NCBI GenBank assembly: GCA_965248925.1
Contig: CBDFLE010000006.1
Span: forward strand, 832,001 to 896,000
Direction: 5' to 3'
Origin: Candidatus Multivoradales bacterium
GTDB lineage: Bacteria > Acidobacteriota > Thermoanaerobaculia > Multivoradales > J023
Length of the DNA: 64,000 bases
Shown: positions 48,092-58,104 of the stretch, piece after piece
How positions within the stretch are numbered: the stretch's first letter is position 1
Layout of the letters: each line of letters opens with the position of its first letter
Made by a program: the position numbers and the translations under genes
The notes under the pieces: model-generated
What the model saw: the letters and a program-made list of their open reading frames with translations, nothing else
Told to the model about the DNA's origin: nothing
Database searches by the model: none

Positions 48092-49021
48092 CTAGATTTG
48101 CACGCCCCCCAACAACCACAGTAGCACTGCCTTCTGTGCATGGAGTCGATTTTCGGCCTCGTCGAAGATCCGGCTGCGTGGACCATCGGCCACCGCCGCT
48201 GAAACCTCCTCGCCTCGGTGGGCCGGCAGACAATGCAGAAACACCGCGTCCGAAGCCGCCGCCGCCATCAACTCCTCATCGATCGTCCAACCGGCAAAGT
48301 CCGCCAGACGCTTGGCCTGCTGATCTTCCTGGCCCATCGACGCCCACACATCGGTGACCACCGCCGAGGCGCCGGCAACCGCCTGTTGGAGATCATTGGT
48401 GATCTCAAGTCGAGTGCCCGCCGCGACCGCATCCTGACGCCCTAGCTCAACGTACTCCGCCATCGGCTCGTAGCCGGCAGGAGCGGCGATAGTCACGTCC
48501 ATACCCACTTTGGCAGCCCCCAACATCAGCGAGTGGGCCATATTGTTGCCATCGCCGATGTAGGTCAGCTTGCGGCCGGCCAGATCGCCAAAGATCTCGG
48601 TGAGGGTGAAGTAGTCGGCCAGCACCTGGCAGGGATGCAGCTCGTCGGTCAAGCCATTGATCACCGGTACGCTACCGAAACGCGCCAGGTCCACCACATC
48701 CTGGTGAGCGAAGGTGCGCGCCATGATGCCGTCCAAGAAACGCGACAGCACCTGGGCGGTGTCCGAAATAGTCTCGCCACGGCCAAGCTGGATGTCACGG
48801 CTGGATAGAAACAGCGCGTGCCCTCCCAGCTGCACCATGCCGACTTCGAAACTGACCCGCGTACGAGTCGAAGATTTCTGAAAGATCATCCCCAGGCTCT
48901 GCCCGGCGAGGGCCTGACGATAGTCCTGCGGCCGGGCTTTGACTTGAGCGGCCAAACGCAGCAAACCAGCCATCTGCTCGCGGCTCAGATCGTGAACCGA
49001 AATCAAGTGTTCCACAGACAT
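48092..49021 (-). CDS. argF: Ornithine carbamoyltransferase
   Basis: SSTRTRVSFE, HPCQ, DVWASMGQE, HCLP, AENRLH. Confidence 0.95.
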   Translation of the reverse strand: MSVEHLISVHDLSREQMAGLLRLAAQVKARPQDYRQALAGQSLGMIFQKSSTRTRVSFEVGMVQLGGHALFLSSRDIQLGRGETISDTAQVLSRFLDGIMARTFAHQDVVDLARFGSVPVINGLTDELHPCQVLADYFTLTEIFGDLAGRKLTYIGDGNNMAHSLMLGAAKVGMDVTIAAPAGYEPMAEYVELGRQDAVAAGTRLEITNDLQQAVAGASAVVTDVWASMGQEDQQAKRLADFAGWTIDEELMAAAASDAVFLHCLPAHRGEEVSAAVADGPRSRIFDEAENRLHAQKAVLLWLLGGVQI

Positions 49022-49030
49022 GCTCTCTCC

Positions 49031-50299
49031 TCAGCCGCCCAGAGCTTCGCGCTCCAACGGCATGGTCATGCAGCGCGGCCCACCACGGGCCCGCGACAGT
49101 TCGTTATCGCGCATGGTCACCACCGTCGGCCCTTGGTCCAGCAGCGGCTCGCCGTCGAGGACCTGCTGCTCGGTGATCACCCGCCAGCCGCGCTGGTGCA
49201 GCTCTTCGGCGGTCAGGCGATTGCGCCGGTAGGTGACGATCACTCCTGGCGCAATAGCGAAAGCGTTGGCGCCATCGGTCCACTGCTCGCGCTGCTGATC
49301 GATCAGGCTCGAACCACCGCAAGGAACCAAATCGATCTCGATGCCAACCTCGGCCAAGGCCCGCGGCAGGTCGGCGCGCAGCGTGTAGGCCAGCTGCTCG
49401 GCCCGCAGATCGATGCGGTAAACCCGCCCAGCCTCGCCGCCAGCCGGAGCGATCACCGGCATGTGGGCCAGACAGTGGCGGTGATCGATGAAGGTGAAGA
49501 CCGTGTCGAGGTGCATGTAAGAACGCCGGGCAGGCAGCTCGACGACGATCAACCAGCGGAACTTGCTCTGCTCGCCAGCCGCCATGAGATTCTTCGCCAG
49601 CCTCTCGATGCCCCGCCGGTTGGTGCGCTCGCTAAGCCCCACCAGCAGGGTGTCGGAGCTGGCGATCAGCAGATCGCCGCCTTCCAGATGCGGCCGGCTC
49701 TCCATCTCGTCCTCGGCGTTGGCCCCCAGTTCAATAAAGCCCTGGTGATCGCTCAGTCGCGGATGGTGGGTAAACACAGAGCGTGACAACAGCGGTTCGC
49801 GACCGCGGGCTTCGGTGGCCATCGACGACACTAGGACCTGGTCACCGACCACCACTTGGGGGTCGCGCTGGAAAAAATAATTCGGTATCGGTGCCAAACG
49901 ATAGAAACCCGCCAGCCCACGCCCCTGGCGCTGCTGGAGGGCTTGCAAGCCGGTCACTAGCACCTTGCCAAGCTGTTCCGGGTCTAGCTGCTCAAGTTCC
50001 TTCAAGACAGAGGCGGAAAAGCCTCCCTGACCCTGCAACTCGCCGAGCAGCGAAGCCCGGGCACTGCTATCGACTAGCACTTCGGCCAGCAGGGTTTGGG
50101 GATCGAGAGTCTCGACCCCGGCAGCTTCGAGCACAGCGCGGAAAGCATCATGCTCGGCCCGCGCTTGGCGGCCGTAGAGGATGTCGTCAAACAGCAACCG
50201 CTCCATCATCGACGGCACCATCCAGTCGATCTCGAGCCCGGGACGGTGCACGAGGACGCGACGCAAACGGCCGATCTCGGAGTAGACCTGAAGCGACAT
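49031..50299 (-). CDS. arcA: Arginine deiminase
   Basis: VYSEIGRLRRVLVHRPG, LLFDD, FQRD, LEGGD, MHLDT, ELSRARGGPRCMTMP. Confidence 0.92.
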   Translation of the reverse strand: MSLQVYSEIGRLRRVLVHRPGLEIDWMVPSMMERLLFDDILYGRQARAEHDAFRAVLEAAGVETLDPQTLLAEVLVDSSARASLLGELQGQGGFSASVLKELEQLDPEQLGKVLVTGLQALQQRQGRGLAGFYRLAPIPNYFFQRDPQVVVGDQVLVSSMATEARGREPLLSRSVFTHHPRLSDHQGFIELGANAEDEMESRPHLEGGDLLIASSDTLLVGLSERTNRRGIERLAKNLMAAGEQSKFRWLIVVELPARRSYMHLDTVFTFIDHRHCLAHMPVIAPAGGEAGRVYRIDLRAEQLAYTLRADLPRALAEVGIEIDLVPCGGSSLIDQQREQWTDGANAFAIAPGVIVTYRRNRLTAEELHQRGWRVITEQQVLDGEPLLDQGPTVVTMRDNELSRARGGPRCMTMPLEREALGG

Positions 50300-50671
50300 T
50301 GGATGGGCTCCTGACGGCCCCACGAGGCCGGGAAGTAGTTTCGGCGTGGACCGCAACTCTCACAAATCGGGATTGACAATGACCCGATTTACCAACCATT
50401 GGGACGTAGTTAGAAAGAGGCTATCGAGCGGAACCGGCCACCGCGCTCCAACGTCGCGCGGGCATAGCCCGCAACGGTCCACCGCCGAAGCGCGGCACCG
50501 GTTCCCAGCGGATTGTACAGAAGTTCTTGATTGCAAACACCTCTACATGCATCGAACTGCCATGCTCCAAGGCACCAAGTTCTGGTTCGGGGTAGCCCCG
50601 TCCGGGCCACTCGCCGGCGGTGGCATGGGCTATCGCCGGCTCTTCGTTCGCAGAGCATTTGCAGCTAAGCT

Positions 50672-50818
50672 CTACGTAGGCGCTGCCCACCTAACTCGAC
50701 AGTCTAGCCATCGTCCTGGCCAATCAGACGCAGGGCCCGGTGACCGCATCAGATCGGCCAAAGCCTGCGAATCGCCGTTGCTCCACTCGATCAGGAGCTG
50801 GGTAACATCCTTCTTCAT
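50672..50818 (-). pseudogene. N-terminal remnant of an ECF-type sigma factor
   Basis: GGGAGG RBS, then MKKDVTQLLIEWSNGDSQALADLM; resemblance is lost after ~24 codons and the frame stops after 48 aa. Confidence 0.55.
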
Positions 50819-51007
50819 CCGTTGCTCTGCCCCTCCCTTGACGACGCTGGGAAACTCGAAGTCGATCCAATTCTAGGACCCCTCGCAGGGGGCCGTTTCT
50901 AGCTCCCATAATAGTTAGGTGCATGCGGCTGAGGATTGTTACAATCCCGGCCTCCAAAGTACCTCATCGACATTGGCAAATATCTCCAACCTACCGGGCG
51001 AGCGACG

Positions 51008-52441
51008 ATGAAAACCCCTGACGAGAATCGGCCTCAGAACCCGCTGCACGAGCGCTATGCCTCAGCCGAGATGGCGCGGCTGTTCTCCGCCAGCCACCGA
51101 CTGCGTACCTGGCGCCGGCTGTGGATCGCGCTGGCCGAGTGTCAGAGCGAACTCGGCTTGGAGATCAGCGCCGAGCAGGTAGCCACCCTACGCCGCGTCG
51201 AGCCGAAGATCGATCTCGAGCGGGTCGCCGAACTCGAACGCCAGACCAGGCATGACGTGGTTGCCCATCTGCGCCACTTCGCCGAGCAAGCCGGCGAAGC
51301 CGGTGGCATTCTGCACCTCGGCGCCACCAGCGCCTTCGTCACTGACAACACCGATGCCCTGCTCAGCAGAGACGCTCTGCGATTGCTGCGCGGCCAGCTG
51401 CTGGCGGTGATCGCCGGTCTGGCCGACTTCGCTCGCCGCCACAATAGTATCGCCACCCTGGCCTACACTCATCTGCAACCAGCCCAGCTGACCACGGTTG
51501 GCAAACGGGCCTGCTTGTGGCTGCAGGACTTCGTCTCCGACCTCACCGAGCTCGACCACTGCTTGGAGAACCTACGCTGCCGCGGGGTCAAGGGCACCAC
51601 CGGCACCCAGGCCAGTTTCCTCACCCTATTCGACGGTGATGACAGTCGCGTCCGGCGCCTCGACCTTCTGGTGGCGAAAAAACTAGGCTTCCAAGCGGCT
51701 TTCCCGATCACTGGACAGACCTATCCTCGCAAGCAGGACTCGCGCAGCCTGGCGGTGTTGGCGGGCATCGGCGAGAGCTGTCACAAGTTAGGCACCGACC
51801 TACGTCTACTGCAAGGTCTCGGCGAACTGGCAGAGCCCTTCGACGAACACCAGGTGGGCTCCTCGGCAATGGCCTATAAGCGCAATCCGATTCGTGCCGA
51901 GCGACTCTGCGGGTTATCGCGCCGCTTGCTCACCGACTCCCTCAACGGCCCCCTCAACGCCGCCACGCAGTGGCTTGAGCGCAGCCTGGACGACTCATCC
52001 AACCGCCGGCTGGTGCTACCCGATTCGTTCCTCGCCGCCGATGCCGTACTCAGCCTGGCGGCGCATCTAGCCAATGGCTTGAGAGTCCCCGAGGCTAGAA
52101 TTGCCCGCCGGGTCGAGCGTGAGCTGCCCTTCATGGCCACCGAGACCTTGCTGATGCACGCCGTCAAGCGAGGCGGTGATCGCCAAGAACTGCACGAGAG
52201 TCTCAGGCTGTACAGCCTGAAGGCCCAAGAAGAGATGGAAAGCGGCGGCAAAAACACCCTGGTCGAGCAAATCATCAGCGACGAAGACTTCAATCTCGAA
52301 CTCGAAGAGGTCCAGGGCTGGCTCGACCCGACCGCTTTTACCGGCCGCTCCGCAGCCCAGGTGGTGGAGTTCCTGGCCGAAGTCGTCGATCCGTTGCTCG
52401 AAAATGCCGAGCCAGCCGAGGTCGAAGAGCCGCGGATCTAG
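51008..52441 (+). CDS. purB: Adenylosuccinate lyase
   Basis: RHDVVAH, HLGATS, THLQPAQ, GSSAMAYKRNP signature. Confidence 0.95.
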   Translation: MKTPDENRPQNPLHERYASAEMARLFSASHRLRTWRRLWIALAECQSELGLEISAEQVATLRRVEPKIDLERVAELERQTRHDVVAHLRHFAEQAGEAGGILHLGATSAFVTDNTDALLSRDALRLLRGQLLAVIAGLADFARRHNSIATLAYTHLQPAQLTTVGKRACLWLQDFVSDLTELDHCLENLRCRGVKGTTGTQASFLTLFDGDDSRVRRLDLLVAKKLGFQAAFPITGQTYPRKQDSRSLAVLAGIGESCHKLGTDLRLLQGLGELAEPFDEHQVGSSAMAYKRNPIRAERLCGLSRRLLTDSLNGPLNAATQWLERSLDDSSNRRLVLPDSFLAADAVLSLAAHLANGLRVPEARIARRVERELPFMATETLLMHAVKRGGDRQELHESLRLYSLKAQEEMESGGKNTLVEQIISDEDFNLELEEVQGWLDPTAFTGRSAAQVVEFLAEVVDPLLENAEPAEVEEPRI

Positions 52442-52450
52442 GCGGTTGCG

Positions 52451-53125
52451 ATGGAGAAATCGATCATGGGAACCGTATTCGCTAGCTGGCCAGGTCGCGG
52501 CAGCCTACTCTGCCTGGCCCTCCTCGCCCTGAGCAGTGGTGCTTGCGCCGGTCGCCGGATCGAGCCGGTCAAAGGTGCCACCCAGCGGGGCATCGCCTCG
52601 TGGTATGGCGAACCGTTCCACGGCCGCAAGACCGCCAACGGCGAGACCTATGACATGCACGGCATCTCGGCCGCCCACCAGCACCTACCGCTGGGCAGCG
52701 TGGTGCGGGTCACCAACCTCGACAACGGCCGCCAAATCGAAGTACGGATCAACGATCGCGGCCCCTTCGTCGGCGGCCGTATCCTCGATCTGTCCTACGG
52801 CGCCGCCCAACGGTTGGGAATGGCCAAGGCTGGCCTGGCGAAGATCAAACTCGAAGTCTTATCGATCGACCGCAGCCAACTCAGCCGGCGGTACTACGGC
52901 CGCCAGAGCTGGACCGTTCAAGCTGGCGCCTTCCGCGACCTCGGCAACGCCGACGACCGACAGAGCCAGCTCGAAGCCGCCGGCTACACCGTCCAGCGGT
53001 CCACCGGACCGAACGGCGTGATCCGATTGCGAGTCGGTGAGTTCAACAAGAAGTCCCATGCCCAGCGGGTGCTGGTCAAACTACGCCAGCTGGGTATCGA
53101 GGGAGTGGTAGTGGCACGGCGCTGA
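52451..53125 (+). CDS. rlpA: Septal ring lytic transglycosylase RlpA with SPOR domain
   Basis: GIASWYG, TANGETYD, VRINDRGPF, LDLSYGAA; C-terminal VQAGAF. Confidence 0.92.
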   Translation: MEKSIMGTVFASWPGRGSLLCLALLALSSGACAGRRIEPVKGATQRGIASWYGEPFHGRKTANGETYDMHGISAAHQHLPLGSVVRVTNLDNGRQIEVRINDRGPFVGGRILDLSYGAAQRLGMAKAGLAKIKLEVLSIDRSQLSRRYYGRQSWTVQAGAFRDLGNADDRQSQLEAAGYTVQRSTGPNGVIRLRVGEFNKKSHAQRVLVKLRQLGIEGVVVARR

Positions 53126-53483
53126 ATAGCCTGCCCCCCCTAAGCTACTGGCCAGCTGGTCGATCAACCACTGAGGGGTTGCCGCTGAGAGATCTCTGCT
53201 GCATGTCCAGAGATGAGAGATCTCTGGCACGACGATTGGCGTATCTCCTCGTTGTTGAGGGTGAATCGAATGTTGAAATCCGATTCAGGATACGCCACCT
53301 GATTTTTCTCCCCACACACAAGTTTCGACACGGATTACCTTCTGCGGCAGCTGCCGCCTGAATCCGCAGTCCAGGACAATGCGAAGCAACCACCGCCGCC
53401 GTGAGGACCAGTATCTACTCGAAGAGATCATCGTGCTGGCTCTTACCCGATCGATCCATTGAAATTTCACTCTACTCGCGCCT

Positions 53484-54560
53484 TCAAGGGCTGAGTGACC
53501 CTATCCACCCCTTGATCCCCGCATCGAGCCGCTGGCGGTCGTCATAGCGATCAAAAGCGATTTGCAAAAGGCGGTCGACTAGATCCGGCAGAGCCACTCC
53601 GGAGAGTTCCCAGAGGCGGGGATACATCGAAATATCAGTGAATCCGGGCATAGTGTTCAACTCGTTGACATAGAGCTTCTGACTCTCTTGCTCGAGTAGG
53701 AAGTCGACCCGTGCCAGGCCATGGCCGCCGAGCGCCGTGAAGGCGGCAATGGCGGTGGCCCGTAGCTCTCCGGCAGTGGCTGGATCGAGTTCTGCCGGGG
53801 CGATCAGGCGGGCGCCGTCTTCGAGGTACTTGTCGGCGTAGTCGTAGAATTCCTTGCCCGGCACGATCTCGCCAATCGCCGAGGCTTCGATCTGGTGGTA
53901 CCCCAGCACCCCACATTCGAGTTCGCGACCCACAATGGCGCGCTCCACCAGCAGCCGGTCGGCGAAGCCAAATCCGTGCTTCAGCGCGGCTCCAAAGTGA
54001 TGCGGTTCCGAAACCTTGCTGACCCCGACACTCGAGCCGCCGAGCGCCGGCTTGACGAACAGCGGCCAACCAAGCCGCTGGCAACGTTCGAGCACCTTGG
54101 CGGGTTCCTCGCGCTGACGGCGATCAACGATCTCGGCGTCGACTACCGCGATCCCCGCCGCTGCCAGCACCTGCTTGCTAAGCACTTTGTCCATGGCCAG
54201 CGCGCAGGTGGTGACCTCGGCACCGACGTACGGTAGGTCTAGCATCTCGCACAGTCCTTGGAGAGTGCCGTCCTCGCCCCAAGTACCGTGAACCAGCGGG
54301 AAGACCACCTCGACCTCGGCGCCGCTCAGCCGATCGAGGGTAGCCGCGACGGGCAAGCCGGTGCTCGGCAAATCCTGGCGATGACCGGCGAGCAGAGCTG
54401 CCGAATCTCCGCGCGACGCCCACGAGCCGTCCATGGCGATGGCCAACGGCACCACCCGGTGGCCAGCCACCGCCAAGCCACGGGCCACGGTCCGCGCCGA
54501 GCACACCGAAACCCGGTGCTCAACACTCCGTCCACCAAATACCAAAGCCACTTGCAACAT
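53484..54560 (-). CDS. ddl: D-alanine--D-alanine ligase
   Basis: FGGRSVEHRVS, HGTWGEDG, GGSSVG, FYDYADKY, NELNTMPGFT. Confidence 0.95.
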   Translation of the reverse strand: MLQVALVFGGRSVEHRVSVCSARTVARGLAVAGHRVVPLAIAMDGSWASRGDSAALLAGHRQDLPSTGLPVAATLDRLSGAEVEVVFPLVHGTWGEDGTLQGLCEMLDLPYVGAEVTTCALAMDKVLSKQVLAAAGIAVVDAEIVDRRQREEPAKVLERCQRLGWPLFVKPALGGSSVGVSKVSEPHHFGAALKHGFGFADRLLVERAIVGRELECGVLGYHQIEASAIGEIVPGKEFYDYADKYLEDGARLIAPAELDPATAGELRATAIAAFTALGGHGLARVDFLLEQESQKLYVNELNTMPGFTDISMYPRLWELSGVALPDLVDRLLQIAFDRYDDRQRLDAGIKGWIGSLSP

Positions 54561-54638
54561 CGTGGGTGATCCTATCCGACCCTCAAGCCGTGGCGAAGCA
54601 GTGGCGACAGGCCGGCAATAGGTGGGAGGCGCGCCGCC

Positions 54639-54857
54639 GTGGTTCTGAAGCCTGAGTCCATTCGCGCCCGCTTGCTGAAGCTCTAAGAAGTCGTCTCCCG
54701 CCTGCAAAAGCTTCAAGATCTCTACCAGGAGCAACTTCGCCGCAGCTTCCGCGACACCTGGGCGATGGAGCGAGGCTTGCAACTCGGCGCCGAGATCCTA
54801 TTCGATGCCGGCAACCACATCCTCAGGGCCTATTTCGGCTCCAGCGCCGATAGCTAC
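54639..54857 (+). pseudogene. DUF86/HepT-like HEPN toxin remnant
   Basis: GGGAGG RBS, GTG start: VLKPESIRARLLKL*EVVSRL...ERGLQLGAEILFDAGNHIL; in-frame TAA at 54684; resemblance ends before any RxxxxH motif. Confidence 0.6.
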
Positions 54858-54885
54858 GGCGCCCCCGGCAACACCGCGAGCCCCG

Positions 54886-56466
54886 TTACACCGTACCTAA
54901 ATCCACCAACTGAGCGCTGTTGACCTCGACCAAATTACGGATCTCCGCCAGTACAGCGTCGCCAGGTGCTCCATCGAGCCGCACTACGGCCATCGCTTCG
55001 CCGCTGCCCGGCTGGCGCGACAGGTGGATAGCGGCAATATTCACCCCGGCACTGCCCAGTGAGGTACCAAGACGCCCCACCACACCTGGCACATCGTCGT
55101 TGCGCACCACCAGCAAGAAGCCCGTGGGCTGGAACTCCAGTGGATGATCCCCCAGGCGCACAATACGCGGTTCCTGATCATGAAATAGGGTGCCGGCGAT
55201 TTCGATCTCACCCGCGTCGCTGGACAGGCGCACGGCGATCAAGTTGGGGTGATTACCCGGCCCGCTGTGGCGGACTCGGCAGACCTCAATACCGCGTTCT
55301 GTGGCCAGATGCTCGGCATTGACGTAGTTCACCGCCTCCCCCAGCACCCGGCTCAGCGCCCCCTTGAGCGCCGCCACGGTGATCGGCACTTCGAGCTCGT
55401 CCTCAGTTCCCCAGAGGTCGACCGCCACACTGAGCGGCGCCCCTTCCAGCAGATGGCCGGCCAACATCCCGAGCTTCTCCGCCAAGCGCAAGAAGGGCTC
55501 ACTACTACTGCCCGCCGGGCGGAAGGGCAGATTGACCGCGGTGATCGCCAACGAGCCATCGAGCGCCGCCATCACCATACGCGCCGTGTCGGTCGAGATG
55601 CGCACTTGCGCCTCACGAGTCTGAGCACCGAGGTGGGGGGTGGCGACCACCCGCGGATGGGCGGCGAGGGTGAAGTCCTCGGGCGGCTCCTGGGCGAAGA
55701 CGTCGAGACCGGCAGCCGCCAGATGGCCGCTCTCCAACGCCTCTAGCAGCGCCTGCTCATCCACCACTCCGCCACGGCCACAGTTGATCAGGATGGCCCC
55801 TTCCTTAATCTTGGCGATGCGCTCGGCGGAAATCAGATTGCGCGTCTCGGCGGTGAGCGGGGTATGTAGAGTGATGAAGTCGCTGCGTTCCAAGAGTTCG
55901 TCCAGCTCCAGCGGCTCAGCGTCGTAACGCCGCACCACATCGGCGTCGAGAAAGGGATCGTAGGCGAACACTTCCATTTCGAAAGCCCGAGCCCGCCGCG
56001 CCACCCGCTGGCCGATGCGACCGAAGCCGATCACACCGAGGGACTTGCCCTGAAGTTCGACACCGACGAATCGTTTGCGATCCCAGTCCTTGCCTTTCAA
56101 TGCCGCATCCGCCTTTGGCACGTTGCGAGCGACCGCCAACAACAGCGCAAAAGTATGCTCGGTAGCCGATAGTAGATTAGCGGTCGGCGCGTTGACCACC
56201 AAAATACCGCGCTCGGTAGCAGCCTTGATGTCGACATTGTCGACGCCAATACCCGCTCGGCCTACCACCCGCAGCTTCTTGCCCGCCGCGAGCAACTCGG
56301 CGGTCACTGTGGTACCACTGCGCACCACCAAGGCGTCGTAGTCGCCGATCAGCTCGGCCAGCTTCGGCTTGTCTGCCGCCGGTAGCTCGAAAACCTCGTG
56401 GCCGGAGTCGCGCAACAGCGCCAAGCCGGTCTTCTCCAGCGGGTCGGAAACCAAGATCTTGTACAT
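54886..56466 (-). CDS. serA: D-3-phosphoglycerate dehydrogenase
   Basis: GRAGIGVDNVD, GFGRIG, TPHLGAQT; C-terminal ACT domain. Confidence 0.95.
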   Translation of the reverse strand: MYKILVSDPLEKTGLALLRDSGHEVFELPAADKPKLAELIGDYDALVVRSGTTVTAELLAAGKKLRVVGRAGIGVDNVDIKAATERGILVVNAPTANLLSATEHTFALLLAVARNVPKADAALKGKDWDRKRFVGVELQGKSLGVIGFGRIGQRVARRARAFEMEVFAYDPFLDADVVRRYDAEPLELDELLERSDFITLHTPLTAETRNLISAERIAKIKEGAILINCGRGGVVDEQALLEALESGHLAAAGLDVFAQEPPEDFTLAAHPRVVATPHLGAQTREAQVRISTDTARMVMAALDGSLAITAVNLPFRPAGSSSEPFLRLAEKLGMLAGHLLEGAPLSVAVDLWGTEDELEVPITVAALKGALSRVLGEAVNYVNAEHLATERGIEVCRVRHSGPGNHPNLIAVRLSSDAGEIEIAGTLFHDQEPRIVRLGDHPLEFQPTGFLLVVRNDDVPGVVGRLGTSLGSAGVNIAAIHLSRQPGSGEAMAVVRLDGAPGDAVLAEIRNLVEVNSAQLVDLGTV

Positions 56467-56496
56467 GTCGAAAGTCCTCTTCGATATTCAACCAGA

Positions 56497-57651
56497 TCAG
56501 CGCAGCTCTTCGACCGCTGCATCAATAGCTTCAAACAGCCGACTCAGATCTTTGGAGCGCACCTCACCCATGTGACCAATGCGAATCGTGCTCGGCTTCC
56601 AATCCCCATAACCACCACCCAAGGTGATGCCTTGCTCGGCAAGTTTGGCCACCAAGGCCGGGGCTTCGATCCCCGCTGGTGGGCGCAAGCAGCTGACCGT
56701 CGGCGAAGCCGCGGTGGCGGCCGAGGCGTACGCAAAACCGCGCGCAGCCGCCCATGCTTCGGTCTCGGCGCGTAGATCAAGGTGGCGCTGCCAGCGGGCT
56801 TCGAGCCCCTCGGCCATGATGTGGCCTAGCTGCACCTCGGCGGCACGGATCTGCGGCACCGCCGGAGTGGTGACGGTCATCCCAGCCCGATGCTTGTCCA
56901 CGTAGCGCACCAGATCGGTGTAGTAGCCCCGGTGTTCGATTCCTGCGGCCCGTTGCAGAGCGCGCTCAGAGGCGCTGATAAAGGCCAAGCCGGGCGGCAG
57001 AGCGAGTGCTTTCTGAGCGCCAGTAAACATGTAGTCAATCCCCCACGCTTCAGTCTCGGCGCGGGCGCCAGCGATCGATGATACCCCGTCGACCAGGATC
57101 AACGCATCGCTCTCTTGTCGCACCACTTCAGCGATTTCCGCCAACGGATTGAGCACCCCGGTGGAAGTCTCGTTATGAGCCAAAGTGACGACTTCGTAAC
57201 GCTTGCGGCGCAGGGCCTGACGCAGCAAATCGGGATCGATCGACTGTCCCCACGGCACCGAGACTTCGTCGACCTCGAGACCGAGGGTGGTAGCGACCAG
57301 GCGGAAACGCTCGGAGAACGCCCCGCAAGTCAGGCACAGCACTTGCGAACGCACCAGCGAACGCAGCGCCACCTCCCAGGCCAGCGAACCGCTGGAAGTC
57401 AACGCCACAACATCGCCAGAAGTACGGAATACCGACGGCAGTAGCGCCGACAAACGACCGTAAAGCGCCTTGAAATCAGCCGAGCGGTGGCCGATCGACT
57501 GCGCCGTCATTGCTTGGCGAACATCTTCACGAACATAGGTCGGACCGGGCAAAAAGAAACGGATCTCTTCGCTGGCGCGGGTGTTTGACAAACTAGTCAA
57601 GGAAACCTCCTGGAAGTGCCGACGCGGCGTTGCTGCCTCAGGTTCAATCAT
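56497..57651 (-). CDS. Class V PLP aminotransferase (possible phosphoserine aminotransferase by context)
   Basis: LPGPT, HNETSTG, VDGVSS, GAQKALALPPG, RIGHMG; directly upstream of serA. Confidence 0.85.
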   Translation of the reverse strand: MIEPEAATPRRHFQEVSLTSLSNTRASEEIRFFLPGPTYVREDVRQAMTAQSIGHRSADFKALYGRLSALLPSVFRTSGDVVALTSSGSLAWEVALRSLVRSQVLCLTCGAFSERFRLVATTLGLEVDEVSVPWGQSIDPDLLRQALRRKRYEVVTLAHNETSTGVLNPLAEIAEVVRQESDALILVDGVSSIAGARAETEAWGIDYMFTGAQKALALPPGLAFISASERALQRAAGIEHRGYYTDLVRYVDKHRAGMTVTTPAVPQIRAAEVQLGHIMAEGLEARWQRHLDLRAETEAWAAARGFAYASAATAASPTVSCLRPPAGIEAPALVAKLAEQGITLGGGYGDWKPSTIRIGHMGEVRSKDLSRLFEAIDAAVEELR

Positions 57652-57663
57652 CTAGCCTAGCTG

Positions 57664-58104
57664 CTAAGTGGTCACCGGCAATCCCGCTCCCGGCCAGGGC
57701 CGAGGCTTGGTCAAGGCACTGAGCAGCCGCTCGGTCGTCCAGACCTCACTGACCGGCTTGCCGATTGGAAAGGTGAGTTTCCAGCTCTCGCCGCGCTGCG
57801 TCAAGAGGGGAGCCGATAAGTTTCCCTGTACCAGCACCAGCCGACAACCCAAGAAGTGCTCCCGCAGCAAGTCGCGAAATACCACCGCACCACGCAACGG
57901 CTTGACCACCACGCTGCGTCCGCCATCTACCGCCACTGCCCGCAAGGCGCCGGCCGCGGCGGCGGCTTCGAGTTCTGGATCGCAGGTCGCCGGGCTCTCC
58001 AGCTGCAACCAACCCACCCGCAGCCCGGCATTCTTGGCGGCAGTGATCAGCTCGCTGAAGATCGCCGCCTGCTCGGTGACTCGCAGTAGATGAATGGTCT
58101 TCAT
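57664..58104 (-). CDS. Hypothetical protein (weak MobB-like resemblance)
   Basis: Overlap-coupled to the upstream gene; no P-loop seen. Confidence 0.5.
   Translation of the reverse strand: MKTIHLLRVTEQAAIFSELITAAKNAGLRVGWLQLESPATCDPELEAAAAAGALRAVAVDGGRSVVVKPLRGAVVFRDLLREHFLGCRLVLVQGNLSAPLLTQRGESWKLTFPIGKPVSEVWTTERLLSALTKPRPWPGAGLPVTT

Noticed and set aside
50360-51000. Structured RNA such as rnpB, tmRNA or a riboswitch in the arcA-purB gap
   Set aside because: No diagnostic conserved motifs were recognised; part of the gap is explained by the ECF sigma remnant.
53145-53470. Short ORFs between rlpA and ddl
   Set aside because: No recognisable motif or convincing RBS; cannot be supported.
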